Source: Elusimicrobiota bacterium (lineage in GTDB: Bacteria; Elusimicrobiota; Elusimicrobia; UBA1565; UBA9628). From it: 47,761 bases of DNA. Below the pieces are notes generated by a model. The model was not told the origin of the DNA. It saw only the letters and a list, made by a program, of their open reading frames with translations, and did not search any database. Of the stretch, positions 39,989 to 47,761 are shown in pieces. The position numbers were made by a program, and so were the translations under genes. Location of the stretch: positions 1 through 47,761 of the forward strand of contig JABEUV010000048.1 of NCBI GenBank assembly GCA_013044195.1, written 5' to 3'. Numbering within the stretch: position 1 is the first letter of the stretch; each line of letters opens with the position of its first letter.

Positions 39989-40729
39989 CTAGCGCAGGCG
40001 GTCGGACAGAAAGCGAGACGCCAGGCGCGTCAGCTCGGGACGGCGGTCGAGGAAGTCGTGACCGGCGCCGGGCCAGACTTTCAGGCGCACGGGGCCGGCC
40101 GTCAGGCGCGCCAGGCGGCGCGAAACGGCCACCGGGATCATGTCGTCGGCGTCGCCGTGGGCGAGGAGCAGCGGCACGCGCAGACGCGCGACGGCACGCG
40201 CGGGATCGTATTGAGTCAGCGCGCGGCGGAAGTCGGCCAGCAGGACGCCCGTCGGCGGCGCGTTCAGCGGGCGGCGCAGATGCGCGATGAAGGCGCGCGC
40301 GCCGGGGCCGACGAACTCCGGCCCGCCCGCCGGCGCCACGGCGACGACCGCGCGCAGGTCCGGCGTCAGGGCGGCCAGATTCAGCGCGGTCCACGCGCCC
40401 ATGCTGAAGCCGTAGACCGCGACGCGGCGCGGATCGACGAAATCCAGGCGCTTCATCGCGCGCAGAGCCGCCCGCGCCTGCGCGACGAGCGTCGTGAAGC
40501 GGTACTCGCCGCCGCTGCCCCACGCGCCCAAGAAGCTGGGCGCCAGCGAGGCGATGCCGCGCGAAAGCAACGCGCGCTGGACGTCGACGGATTTTTCGCC
40601 GCCGGGAAATCCGTGCAGAAAAAGAACCGACGGAAAACGTCGGTCCTGCGGGCCCGCCGGACGATGGTAGCCCGCAAGCATCCGGTGGCCGCGCACGCGC
40701 AGTATCAGTGTGCCGGCGTGCGCCCTCAT
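39989..40729 (-). CDS. Alpha/beta hydrolase
   Basis: HGFPG, GFSMG, HG..D, GAGH. Confidence 0.88.
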   Translation of the reverse strand: MRAHAGTLILRVRGHRMLAGYHRPAGPQDRRFPSVLFLHGFPGGEKSVDVQRALLSRGIASLAPSFLGAWGSGGEYRFTTLVAQARAALRAMKRLDFVDPRRVAVYGFSMGAWTALNLAALTPDLRAVVAVAPAGGPEFVGPGARAFIAHLRRPLNAPPTGVLLADFRRALTQYDPARAVARLRVPLLLAHGDADDMIPVAVSRRLARLTAGPVRLKVWPGAGHDFLDRRPELTRLASRFLSDRLR

Positions 40730-40764
40730 GGCGCGATTGTAGCTCATTGGCTATAATCAGCGCC

Positions 40765-41421
40765 GTGAGCGCCGATGATCCCGACCTCCGTCCCCGCGTC
40801 CTGATCGGCATCGCCGGCGGCTCCGGCTCCGGCAAATCGTGGCTTGCGCACTGGATCATGGAGACCTTCCGCGAGCGCGCGACCTTGGTCTGCCACGATT
40901 GGTACTACAAGCACAACGCGGACCTGCCCGCCGAGGAAGCGGCCAAGCTCAACTTCGATCACCCCTCGGCGCTGGAGTCCTCCCTGCTCAGCCGCCACCT
41001 CGACTGCTTGCTGGCCGGAGAGGCCGTGGACGCCCCGGTCTACGATTATGCGACGCACGCGCGCCTGCCGCAGACGCGCCGCGTGGAGCCGCGCCCCCTG
41101 CTGGTCCTTGACGGCATACTGATCCTCAGCGAGAAATCCCTGCGCGACCGCCTGACCCTCTCCGTGTTCATCGACGTGCCCGACGACATCCGCCTCTCGC
41201 GCCGCGTGCGCCGCGACTGCAAGGAGCGCCGCGTCGACCTGGAGGAGACTTTGCGGCTGTACGAGGACTTCGTGCGGCCCATGCATCGCCGCTACGTGGC
41301 TCCGTCCGCGCGCCACGCGACCTGGATCTGGAGCCAGCTCGAAGACAAGCGCTTCCCCGACCTGCTGGCACGCGACCTGGAACACCGCCTGGGCACGGCC
41401 CCCGCGCCCGCGCCGCGCTGA
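40765..41421 (+). CDS. udk: Uridine kinase
   Basis: IAGGSGSGKS, NFDHP, YDYATH, RR..RD..ER, VRPMH. Confidence 0.88.
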   Translation: MSADDPDLRPRVLIGIAGGSGSGKSWLAHWIMETFRERATLVCHDWYYKHNADLPAEEAAKLNFDHPSALESSLLSRHLDCLLAGEAVDAPVYDYATHARLPQTRRVEPRPLLVLDGILILSEKSLRDRLTLSVFIDVPDDIRLSRRVRRDCKERRVDLEETLRLYEDFVRPMHRRYVAPSARHATWIWSQLEDKRFPDLLARDLEHRLGTAPAPAPR

Positions 41422-41436
41422 CGGCGCGCGGACCTT

Positions 41437-43521
41437 TCAGCCCGCGAGGAGTTCCGCGGCGAGCGCGTCCATCCCGTAGATCCCGCGCAGGGCTTCGACG
41501 ATCGCCGCCGAGTGCACGGCGACGGCGCGGTTGCGCGTGTGGTCGTAGGCGTAGCGGCCCACCAGCGACGGGATGTTGCCGTCGAAGATCAGACCCACGT
41601 ATTCGCCCTTGGCGTCCACCACCGGAGAGCCGGAGTTGCCGCCGATGATGTCGTTGGTGGTCACGAAGTTCAGCTTCGCGCTCAGGTCCAAAGTCCCGCG
41701 CGCGGCCGCCACGCGGGGTGCTAAGTCGTAGGGCGGCTTCTGTCCGTGGCCCAGCGCGCGGTCGTAGAGCCCGTAGAACGTGGTGAACGCCGCGACCTGG
41801 GTGGTGCCGGATTCATAGCCCGCGACCTTCCCGTAGGACAGGCGCAAAGTGAAGGTCGCGTCGGGATAGGTGGACTTGCCGTAGACGGCGAAGCGGGCCT
41901 TGGCGATCTTCTTGCCCTCGGCCGACAGCGCGCTCTCGATTTCGTCCTCATACCACTTGCGCTGGGCGCGGTAGACCGGGTCCAGGCGGCGCTGCCAGAC
42001 GATCAGCGCGTCCTTCGACGCGGCCACGGCCTTCTCACCGCCTTCGACCAGCTTTCGGCGCTCCTCCGGGTCGAACAGCTTCGTGCCCGCGATCAATTCG
42101 CGCGCGACGGCTTCCGGCCGGCGTCCGCCGAGCGCCGCTTTCACGAACGCGTCATTGGGGCCCAGAATGTCCAGCGCGTCGCGCAAAGAGCGCGCCAGCA
42201 GGAACTCCTCCATGTCCGGGTACATCGGCGCGGGCGAGAACAGCCGGAAGCGCAAGGACTCCAGGTTGGAGTCGCGGTATTCCTCCCAGCGCTTCTCGTT
42301 GGGCTTGACGGTCTCCGCGACATAGCGCACGATCTGCGCGGCCAGGGCCGCGACCTTCGTCCCGTCGAAGCGGCGATAAGCAATCTGCAGGCGGCGCGCG
42401 GAAAACTTCTTCTGCGCGTCGGCGATGCGCGTCCAGGCGTCCTTGGCGGCGCGCACGGCCGGGTCCTTCGACGCGGCGGCGGCGCGTCGCAGAGCGGTTT
42501 CCGCGTCGGCCTTCGCCTTCATCAGCGCGCCGTCGAGCAAGCCCTCGTGCTCGCCGGTCACGGCCTTGATCGCGTTCTCGATGCCGAAGATGCGGTCCTT
42601 GGAGCGCCGGGCCTGCTCGGTGCCGAGTGCGGCGTAGTCGTAGTAGTCTTTCCGCCGTCGCCGCGCGATCTCCAGATACAGCGGCAGGCCCAGGTCGCGC
42701 TCGTATTCCAGTTGGGCCAGGGTCATCAGGCGGTCGGTGTGGCCGGGATGGCCCGTCACGAAGGTCAGTTGACCCTCCGCCGCGCCGTCCTTCGACCACC
42801 GCAGAAAGCGCTCCGGGCGCACCGACCGACCGTTCTCATAGACGCGGAAGAAGGCGAAATCCAGCGCGTAGCGCGGGTAGGTGAAATTGTCGGGGTCGCC
42901 GCCGTAAAACGCGGCCTGGAGTTCGGGCGCCATCACCAGCCGCACGTCGGTGAATTTCTTGTAGCGGTAAAGCCAATACTCGCCGCCCTGGTAAAGCTCG
43001 ACCACGTCCGAGCGCAGGCCGGTCTTTTCCGTGGACTCCTTGGTGATGCGCGAGATCTCCGCCTTGCGCCGCTCGTTCTGGTCCTTGTCGGACAGCTTTG
43101 GGTCCGTGGCCTTCCGCACGCGGGCCGTCACGTTCTCCAGGGACTGGAGCACGTTGATCTCCAGGTCCGGGCAGGCGATCTCTGCGGCCGCCGCGCCCGC
43201 GAAGAATCCTTCCTTCACGTAGTCTTTCTCCGCCGTCGACATCTTCTGAAGCTGGCCCAGCGCGACATGGTGATTGGTCAGCACCAAGCCGTCCGAGGAC
43301 ACGAACGCGCCGGAGCCGCCGTCGTTGAAACGCACCGACGCTTTCTGCAGAAGTTCGACCCACGCCGCCGTCGGGGTAAAGCCGTAGTGCTTCTTGAGCA
43401 GAGCGACCGGCAGATTGTCGAGCGTCCACATCCCCTCATCGACGAGAATCGGCGCGGCGCCGGGCGCGCCGGTGGCGGCGCGCGCGGATTTGGCTTTGCG
43501 GGTTTGGGCGGCGGCGGGCAT
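41437..43521 (-). CDS. S46 family dipeptidyl-peptidase (DPP7-like)
   Basis: DEGMW, TNHHV, DIIGGNSGSPV, GLIFDGN; AGGAG SD before ATG 43521. Confidence 0.93.
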   Translation of the reverse strand: MPAAAQTRKAKSARAATGAPGAAPILVDEGMWTLDNLPVALLKKHYGFTPTAAWVELLQKASVRFNDGGSGAFVSSDGLVLTNHHVALGQLQKMSTAEKDYVKEGFFAGAAAAEIACPDLEINVLQSLENVTARVRKATDPKLSDKDQNERRKAEISRITKESTEKTGLRSDVVELYQGGEYWLYRYKKFTDVRLVMAPELQAAFYGGDPDNFTYPRYALDFAFFRVYENGRSVRPERFLRWSKDGAAEGQLTFVTGHPGHTDRLMTLAQLEYERDLGLPLYLEIARRRRKDYYDYAALGTEQARRSKDRIFGIENAIKAVTGEHEGLLDGALMKAKADAETALRRAAAASKDPAVRAAKDAWTRIADAQKKFSARRLQIAYRRFDGTKVAALAAQIVRYVAETVKPNEKRWEEYRDSNLESLRFRLFSPAPMYPDMEEFLLARSLRDALDILGPNDAFVKAALGGRRPEAVARELIAGTKLFDPEERRKLVEGGEKAVAASKDALIVWQRRLDPVYRAQRKWYEDEIESALSAEGKKIAKARFAVYGKSTYPDATFTLRLSYGKVAGYESGTTQVAAFTTFYGLYDRALGHGQKPPYDLAPRVAAARGTLDLSAKLNFVTTNDIIGGNSGSPVVDAKGEYVGLIFDGNIPSLVGRYAYDHTRNRAVAVHSAAIVEALRGIYGMDALAAELLAG

Positions 43522-43594
43522 GAAAGTTCTCCTGGTCGCGTCGGCGGCCATTCTACAAAACCCTGGGAGGGCCCCCGTGCGCTATACTAGGCCC

Positions 43595-44047
43595 GTGCGG
43601 CGCGAAGTCCCCGTGTTTCTCTACGCGTTCCTGATCGGCTTGATGATCCGCTTCGCGGCCGTACAGATGGGCGCCGCGATCCTCAGCATCGTGCCCGGAA
43701 ATCTTTGGCTCACCCACCCGTGGGTGGACTTCGCCCTGCGGGCACCCTTCCTCGCGCTCGTCGAATCCGCCAGCTTCGCCGCGATCGGCTTCGCCTTCTG
43801 GTCCGGCACCGACGAGCGCTGGCCCGTGGCCGGCGCCGTCACCGCCGTCGGCGCGACGCTGTGCGGCTATTTTCTCTGGGGCTTGCCCGCGCCCAGCCGA
43901 CCCTATCTGTTCGCCGTGGTCGTGGCCTCGCGCCTGGCCGGCTCCTTCCTGGGGCCGTGGTACGGAGACCGAACCGAGCACGATCCCGTCGTCAGCGAGA
44001 TACGCAACATGCTGTTTTTTCTTTACCCGCTGCGCCTGCCGCGCTGA
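43595..44047 (+). CDS. Hypothetical membrane protein (about 4 TM)
   Basis: Hydrophobic segments; GTG start 6 nt after TATACT. Confidence 0.7.
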   Translation: MRREVPVFLYAFLIGLMIRFAAVQMGAAILSIVPGNLWLTHPWVDFALRAPFLALVESASFAAIGFAFWSGTDERWPVAGAVTAVGATLCGYFLWGLPAPSRPYLFAVVVASRLAGSFLGPWYGDRTEHDPVVSEIRNMLFFLYPLRLPR

Positions 44048-44090
44048 CCGCGACGACCAAATGGAAAGAAGTTAAGGACTGACCCTCCCG

Positions 44091-44936
44091 TTACTGCCAG
44101 ATGTCGTTGATGGGCGCGGCGGAGTCGTCGTTCTGGCCGAGGGTGCCCAGGCCGAACTGGTCTTCGATGGTGCGCAGGACGCTATAGTGGTTGTAGGCCG
44201 CGCCGGAGGTGGCGCCGGGAGAAACCGAAGCGCCGTAGACCACCGCGTAGACCTGGTTGCCCTCGGACCGGTCGTCCTCGTCGAAGACCAAAATCAGCAC
44301 CGTGTCTTTGGTGAAGGAAGGATCCTTCAACAGCGGCCCGAAATAGGACGAGAACCAGTTGGCCGCGTAGGAGACGCTGGTGTTGTGGCCATCGTTCAAG
44401 AGGTCCGGGATGAACAGCGAAAAATTAGGCAAAGTGCCGCCGGCCAAGTCGGAGGCGAACGTCGAATCATCAACGACGTTGGCGCAGCGCGTCGGATCCG
44501 ACTGCACGTCCTGCATGCTCAGAAACGGCACGTGCTTGCGCACGTAGTTTCCGGTTTGAGCGCCCAGGTAGCAGTTTCCGGGATAGGCCTGCGCGTAGAC
44601 GCGCCAGGTCTTGCCGTGCTGTTCCAACAAGTCTCCCAAGTGCTGGACGTTCAGGTTCACCGGCCGGTCCGAGGTCACGCCGGAACGGCTGCCCGCGACG
44701 AGTGCCACGTAGTTCGGCTGGGACGGATGGCCGACGGCATGATAGTTCGTCAGCAGGGCGCCGCTTTGCGCGAACTGCGCCAGGGCGGGTGCGGCCATCG
44801 CCTCGTCATAAGAAGCGTTCTCAAAGACCATCAAGATCACTTTCTTGAACGCGGCCGCGCGCGCGGGCGCGGAGGACAGCAGGGATGCGGCGGCGACGGC
44901 AAACGCAAGGACGGCTCGACGGGAGGGGTGGCGCAT
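44091..44936 (-). CDS. Secreted phosphoesterase/acid phosphatase (alkaline phosphatase superfamily)
   Basis: FEN, HPSQPNY, YVRKH.PF, NDGH, FDE, NHYS.LRTIE. Confidence 0.92.
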   Translation of the reverse strand: MRHPSRRAVLAFAVAAASLLSSAPARAAAFKKVILMVFENASYDEAMAAPALAQFAQSGALLTNYHAVGHPSQPNYVALVAGSRSGVTSDRPVNLNVQHLGDLLEQHGKTWRVYAQAYPGNCYLGAQTGNYVRKHVPFLSMQDVQSDPTRCANVVDDSTFASDLAGGTLPNFSLFIPDLLNDGHNTSVSYAANWFSSYFGPLLKDPSFTKDTVLILVFDEDDRSEGNQVYAVVYGASVSPGATSGAAYNHYSVLRTIEDQFGLGTLGQNDDSAAPINDIWQ

Positions 44937-45025
44937 GAATTGAATTGTAGGACCTAAGGCCGCCGTTCGACAGGGTTATAAGACCCAGCAAGACATAGGA
45001 CTTTAGTCCTATGCGGCTCGGTCCG

Positions 45026-45859
45026 TCAGCGAAAAAATTCGGCCAGCAGGGCGTTGACGCGCTCGGGCGCGTCCTCCTGAGGCGCGTGGCCGCAGCGCTC
45101 CACGCAGACGAAGCGCGCGTTGGGAAGATCGCGCGCCAGCCGCTCGGCGCCGGCGGGGCCGACCATCTGATCCGATTCCCCCACCAGCACGAGCGCGGGC
45201 TGGGACACCTCGCGGTAGCGCGCGACGCGCTCGCGGCAGTCGGCGGGGACCGCGTGGCGGATGAACTCGGCGACCGCGCGTCGTCCCGCGGCGCTCTTGA
45301 GCGGCTCGCCGTATTCGGCGATCAGTTCCTCGGTGACCTTGGATTGGTCGACGAAGGTGGTCTTGGCCATCCAGCGCAGGGAGGTCTCGCCCAGCATCGC
45401 CTCCAAGACGCGTCCTATAATCGGCCAACCCAGCGGCCACAGCGCGCGCGGGCGATTCTCCGGATAGGCGGGCGTGCCGAGCAGGGCCATGCGCTCCACG
45501 CGCGCGGGCGTCTCCATCGCCGCCCACAGCGCGACCACGCCGCCCATCGAGTTGCCCGCGACCCGCGCGCTTTGCAAACCGAGCGCGTCCATCAGCGCGA
45601 TCAGCCACGCGTGCAGGCCCGCAATCGAATAGTCGAAGTCCCGCGGCTTGTCGGAGCGGCCGAAACCGGGAAAATCCGGCGCGAACACCTCGAAGTCGCG
45701 CGCGAACTCGGGCAAGGCGAAGCGCCACGAATAGGACGACGCGCCCAGCCCGTGCAGAAGCAGAAGCGGCCGCCCGGCTCCCGCGCGCCGCAGGTACGTG
45801 CGCACGCCCGCGACCGTCAATTCGCGGGACTGCACGCCGGAGGTCGGGATCGTCCCCAT
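45026..45859 (-). CDS. Alpha/beta hydrolase
   Basis: LLHG, D.PGFG.S, GNSMGG, GH.PQ.D.PE. Confidence 0.92.
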   Translation of the reverse strand: MGTIPTSGVQSRELTVAGVRTYLRRAGAGRPLLLLHGLGASSYSWRFALPEFARDFEVFAPDFPGFGRSDKPRDFDYSIAGLHAWLIALMDALGLQSARVAGNSMGGVVALWAAMETPARVERMALLGTPAYPENRPRALWPLGWPIIGRVLEAMLGETSLRWMAKTTFVDQSKVTEELIAEYGEPLKSAAGRRAVAEFIRHAVPADCRERVARYREVSQPALVLVGESDQMVGPAGAERLARDLPNARFVCVERCGHAPQEDAPERVNALLAEFFR

Positions 45860-45901
45860 CGGCTCAAGCATAGCGCACGAAATCCTGCATGCGCCAGAGC
45901 T

Positions 45902-46060
45902 TTATTTCGTCATCGCGACGGCAAACCGCGCCAGCACGGTCGCCCTCCGCACGTCCGGTCGCGGCCGCGCCTCGGACGGCAGAAGCGCACGGCACGCAGC
46001 CAGCGCCACGTCGACGGCGGACACGGCTTTCTGGCGCCGGCCTTGGTGCTTACGAGTCAT
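45902..46060 (-). CDS. 52-aa basic hypothetical protein
   Basis: GGGAGG SD about 7 nt before ATG 46060; MTRKHQGRRQKAVSAVDVAL... Confidence 0.5.
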   Translation of the reverse strand: MTRKHQGRRQKAVSAVDVALAACRALLPSEARPRPDVRRATVLARFAVAMTK

Positions 46061-46307
46061 ACAATCACCCTCCCTTTTCACGATCTTGCATCTCCTCCTC
46101 AATGAAGAGGCCCCGGGCTTGCCGCTCCCGGGGCCCCGCCGCACGCGCGATGCGCGCGCCTAGGCGGAGTCCTCCGGGCCGCCGCTCGGGCTCGAAAGCC
46201 CGCCGCGGACGCCGCGATACGGCGATTCTTTTTGTCTCATGCGCTTGATGGCCCGAAAAACAAAGCCACGAGCGGGGGCTGTTCGCGCCCCAACCGTGAC
46301 ATCAAGA

Positions 46308-46335
46308 AGTATAGCCGGAAGACTTGATTTGTCAA
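46308..46335 (-). promoter_or_regulatory. Near-consensus sigma70 promoter
   Basis: TTGACA (46335-46330), 16-bp spacer, TATACT (46313-46308). Confidence 0.7.
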
Positions 46336-46576
46336 GGCCCGCAAGAATTCGAGGACGGGTATTTCCGTTGCGACATTCATGGGTGGACGCGGGAAAGGCG
46401 CCAAGCCGCCCCGTCCCGAAGGAGCCCCGCTCGCGGGGCCGCCGCAAAAGTAGTGCCGGAGACACCGAAGGCCCTGCTCTCACCGGGTCGATCAGTAGGC
46501 CCTCCGGTAGGTCCGAAAGGCAGGGCGGCCGCTGCGACCGTCCTGCTGCGTTTTTACGGCACGCGAAGGCGCGGCG

Positions 46577-47356
46577 TTAAGGCGCGGCCAGGCCGGCCAG
46601 CGCGGCCGCGTCGCCGTCGAATGCGTCCAGGTCCGTCTCTGAGTTGATGCCCGCGACGGTGCCGTGCCACGAGTACTGCCAGAACGTCCAGGGCGCCATC
46701 CCGGGAAGCTGCGGAGACACGTGCTGCGGGTCGGCGACCCACAGCTTGAGGCCGGGGTCGTCGCCGCTGAAGTACGCGTCGTAGATCTCGCCGTTGACGT
46801 AGAGGACGGGCGGCACGCCGTAGGCGGACTGGACGGCGGCGACGAAGTCCGCCAAGTCCTTGCGGAAGGCGGCGCGCGCCGGCATGGTCGCGCAGTCGCT
46901 GGAGCGCTCCAGATCCACGACCATGGGCAAGGCCCCGCGTTCGCGCGGGACGGTCTTCACGAAAAGAGCCGCCTGATCCGCGCCGCTCCGGCAGAAGTTA
47001 TAGAAGTGGTAGGCGCCGCGGGCGACCCCGGCCGCCGCGGCGCCGCTCCAGTTGGCCGCGAACATGTCGTCGACGTAGTCGCCGCCCTCGGTGGCCTTGA
47101 TGTAGGCGAAAGCCGCACCCGCGTCCTTCACGCGCGGCCAGAGGATGTCGCCCTCGTAATGCGAGACGTCGATGCCGCGCACCGGATAGGGCGACACGTC
47201 CGGCGTCTGGACCGCACCGCCCGAAAGGGTCGTCGAGTGACCGAGCCGGTGCGACTCCTCGGCGGCGCGCCCGCCGGGCACCGCGCCTGCGGCCGCCTGC
47301 CCCCGCGCCGCCGCGCTGAAAGCCGCCAGCATCGCCGCCGTCGCCCAGATATTCAT
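46577..47356 (-). CDS. Secreted GH25 family lysozyme
   Basis: GIDVSHY, IKATEG, GAYHFY, VDLE, FWQY..G.V.GI...DLD. Confidence 0.93.
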   Translation of the reverse strand: MNIWATAAMLAAFSAAARGQAAAGAVPGGRAAEESHRLGHSTTLSGGAVQTPDVSPYPVRGIDVSHYEGDILWPRVKDAGAAFAYIKATEGGDYVDDMFAANWSGAAAAGVARGAYHFYNFCRSGADQAALFVKTVPRERGALPMVVDLERSSDCATMPARAAFRKDLADFVAAVQSAYGVPPVLYVNGEIYDAYFSGDDPGLKLWVADPQHVSPQLPGMAPWTFWQYSWHGTVAGINSETDLDAFDGDAAALAGLAAP

Positions 47357-47382
47357 GCCCGCTATTCTACACTGAAAAAGGG

Positions 47383-47738
47383 TTCAGGGACGGCCTGTAC
47401 CCCGGATTCTGTCCCCCCTTGCGAGGGCGAGGATCATTTCTCTAATGCGGCCACCGGGCGGCCGTCCCGGGCTTGCGCCCGGGCGTGCGCGGACCGCGCG
47501 CTCCGCCCCACTGCCTTGCTCCCGACGGGGTTTGGCTTTGCCGCGTCCCTTGCGGGACGCGCGGCGGGCTCTTACCCCGCCTTTTCACCCTTACCCTTTC
47601 GGGCGGTTATTTTCTGTGCCACTGTCCGTCGACGGGGGATATGGCCCCCGCCTCCCCGCCTTTCGACGGGCATCGCGTCCTACGGAGTCCGGAAGTTCCT
47701 CCCGCCTTGCGGCGAGCGATCCCCCGGCCGTCCCTGAA
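47383..47738 (-). ncRNA. rnpB: RNase P RNA (type A-like, atypical)
   Basis: 13-bp P1 (TTCAGGGACGGCC/GGCCGTCCCTGAA), GAGGAA..TCCGG, ACAGAAA, GGGTGAAA, GGTAAGAG, GGAGCAAGG, ACAGAA.CCGG; T run downstream. Confidence 0.95.
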
Positions 47739-47761
47739 ATCGTCAGGCCGCCGCGGCGGCC

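Noticed and set aside
46324-46576. Plus-strand ORF 46324..46647 as a real gene or transposase remnant
   Set aside because: It has no SD or recognisable motif, overlaps the GH25 gene end and the minus-strand promoter, and the LLRFYG resemblance is too short.
46577-47356. GH25 lysozyme as a prophage endolysin
   Set aside because: It has a signal peptide and host-like codon usage, and no holin or other phage genes are nearby.

Overview
A 47.8 kb, very GC-rich bacterial chromosomal segment. The Pro/Ala-rich secreted proteins and gene mix suggest a lineage such as Elusimicrobiota, but that is inference only. Housekeeping content: a partial HtrA protease, GT-C-like membrane proteins beside a putative GDP-mannose operon, metK, scoAB, a cold-shock protein, rmuC, an acyl-CoA dehydrogenase, tRNA-Thr(TGT), a Nudix hydrolase, a stand-alone DNA topoisomerase VI subunit A, several peptidases and hydrolases, a GH25 lysozyme and RNase P RNA. 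Two accessory patches (about 10.1-19.6 kb and 30.6-32.5 kb) carry many toxin-antitoxin-like modules and decayed genes. Main observations: (1) two paralogous long-PIN plus ~50-aa basic-peptide modules, one peptide being absent from the ORF track; (2) an RNase P RNA with a compensatorily altered P4 core, no P18 and an extra P16.1-like helix; (3) about 19 genes with a TANNNT -10 box 6-9 nt before the start codon, suggesting pervasive leaderless transcription; (4) candidate structured RNAs at 22.1 kb, 46.1-46.3 kb and upstream of metK; (5) a recurring TAGGWCYTWAGKCC intergenic motif. No CRISPR array, rRNA or intact mobile element was seen. All family calls come from motif recognition by eye, not database searches.
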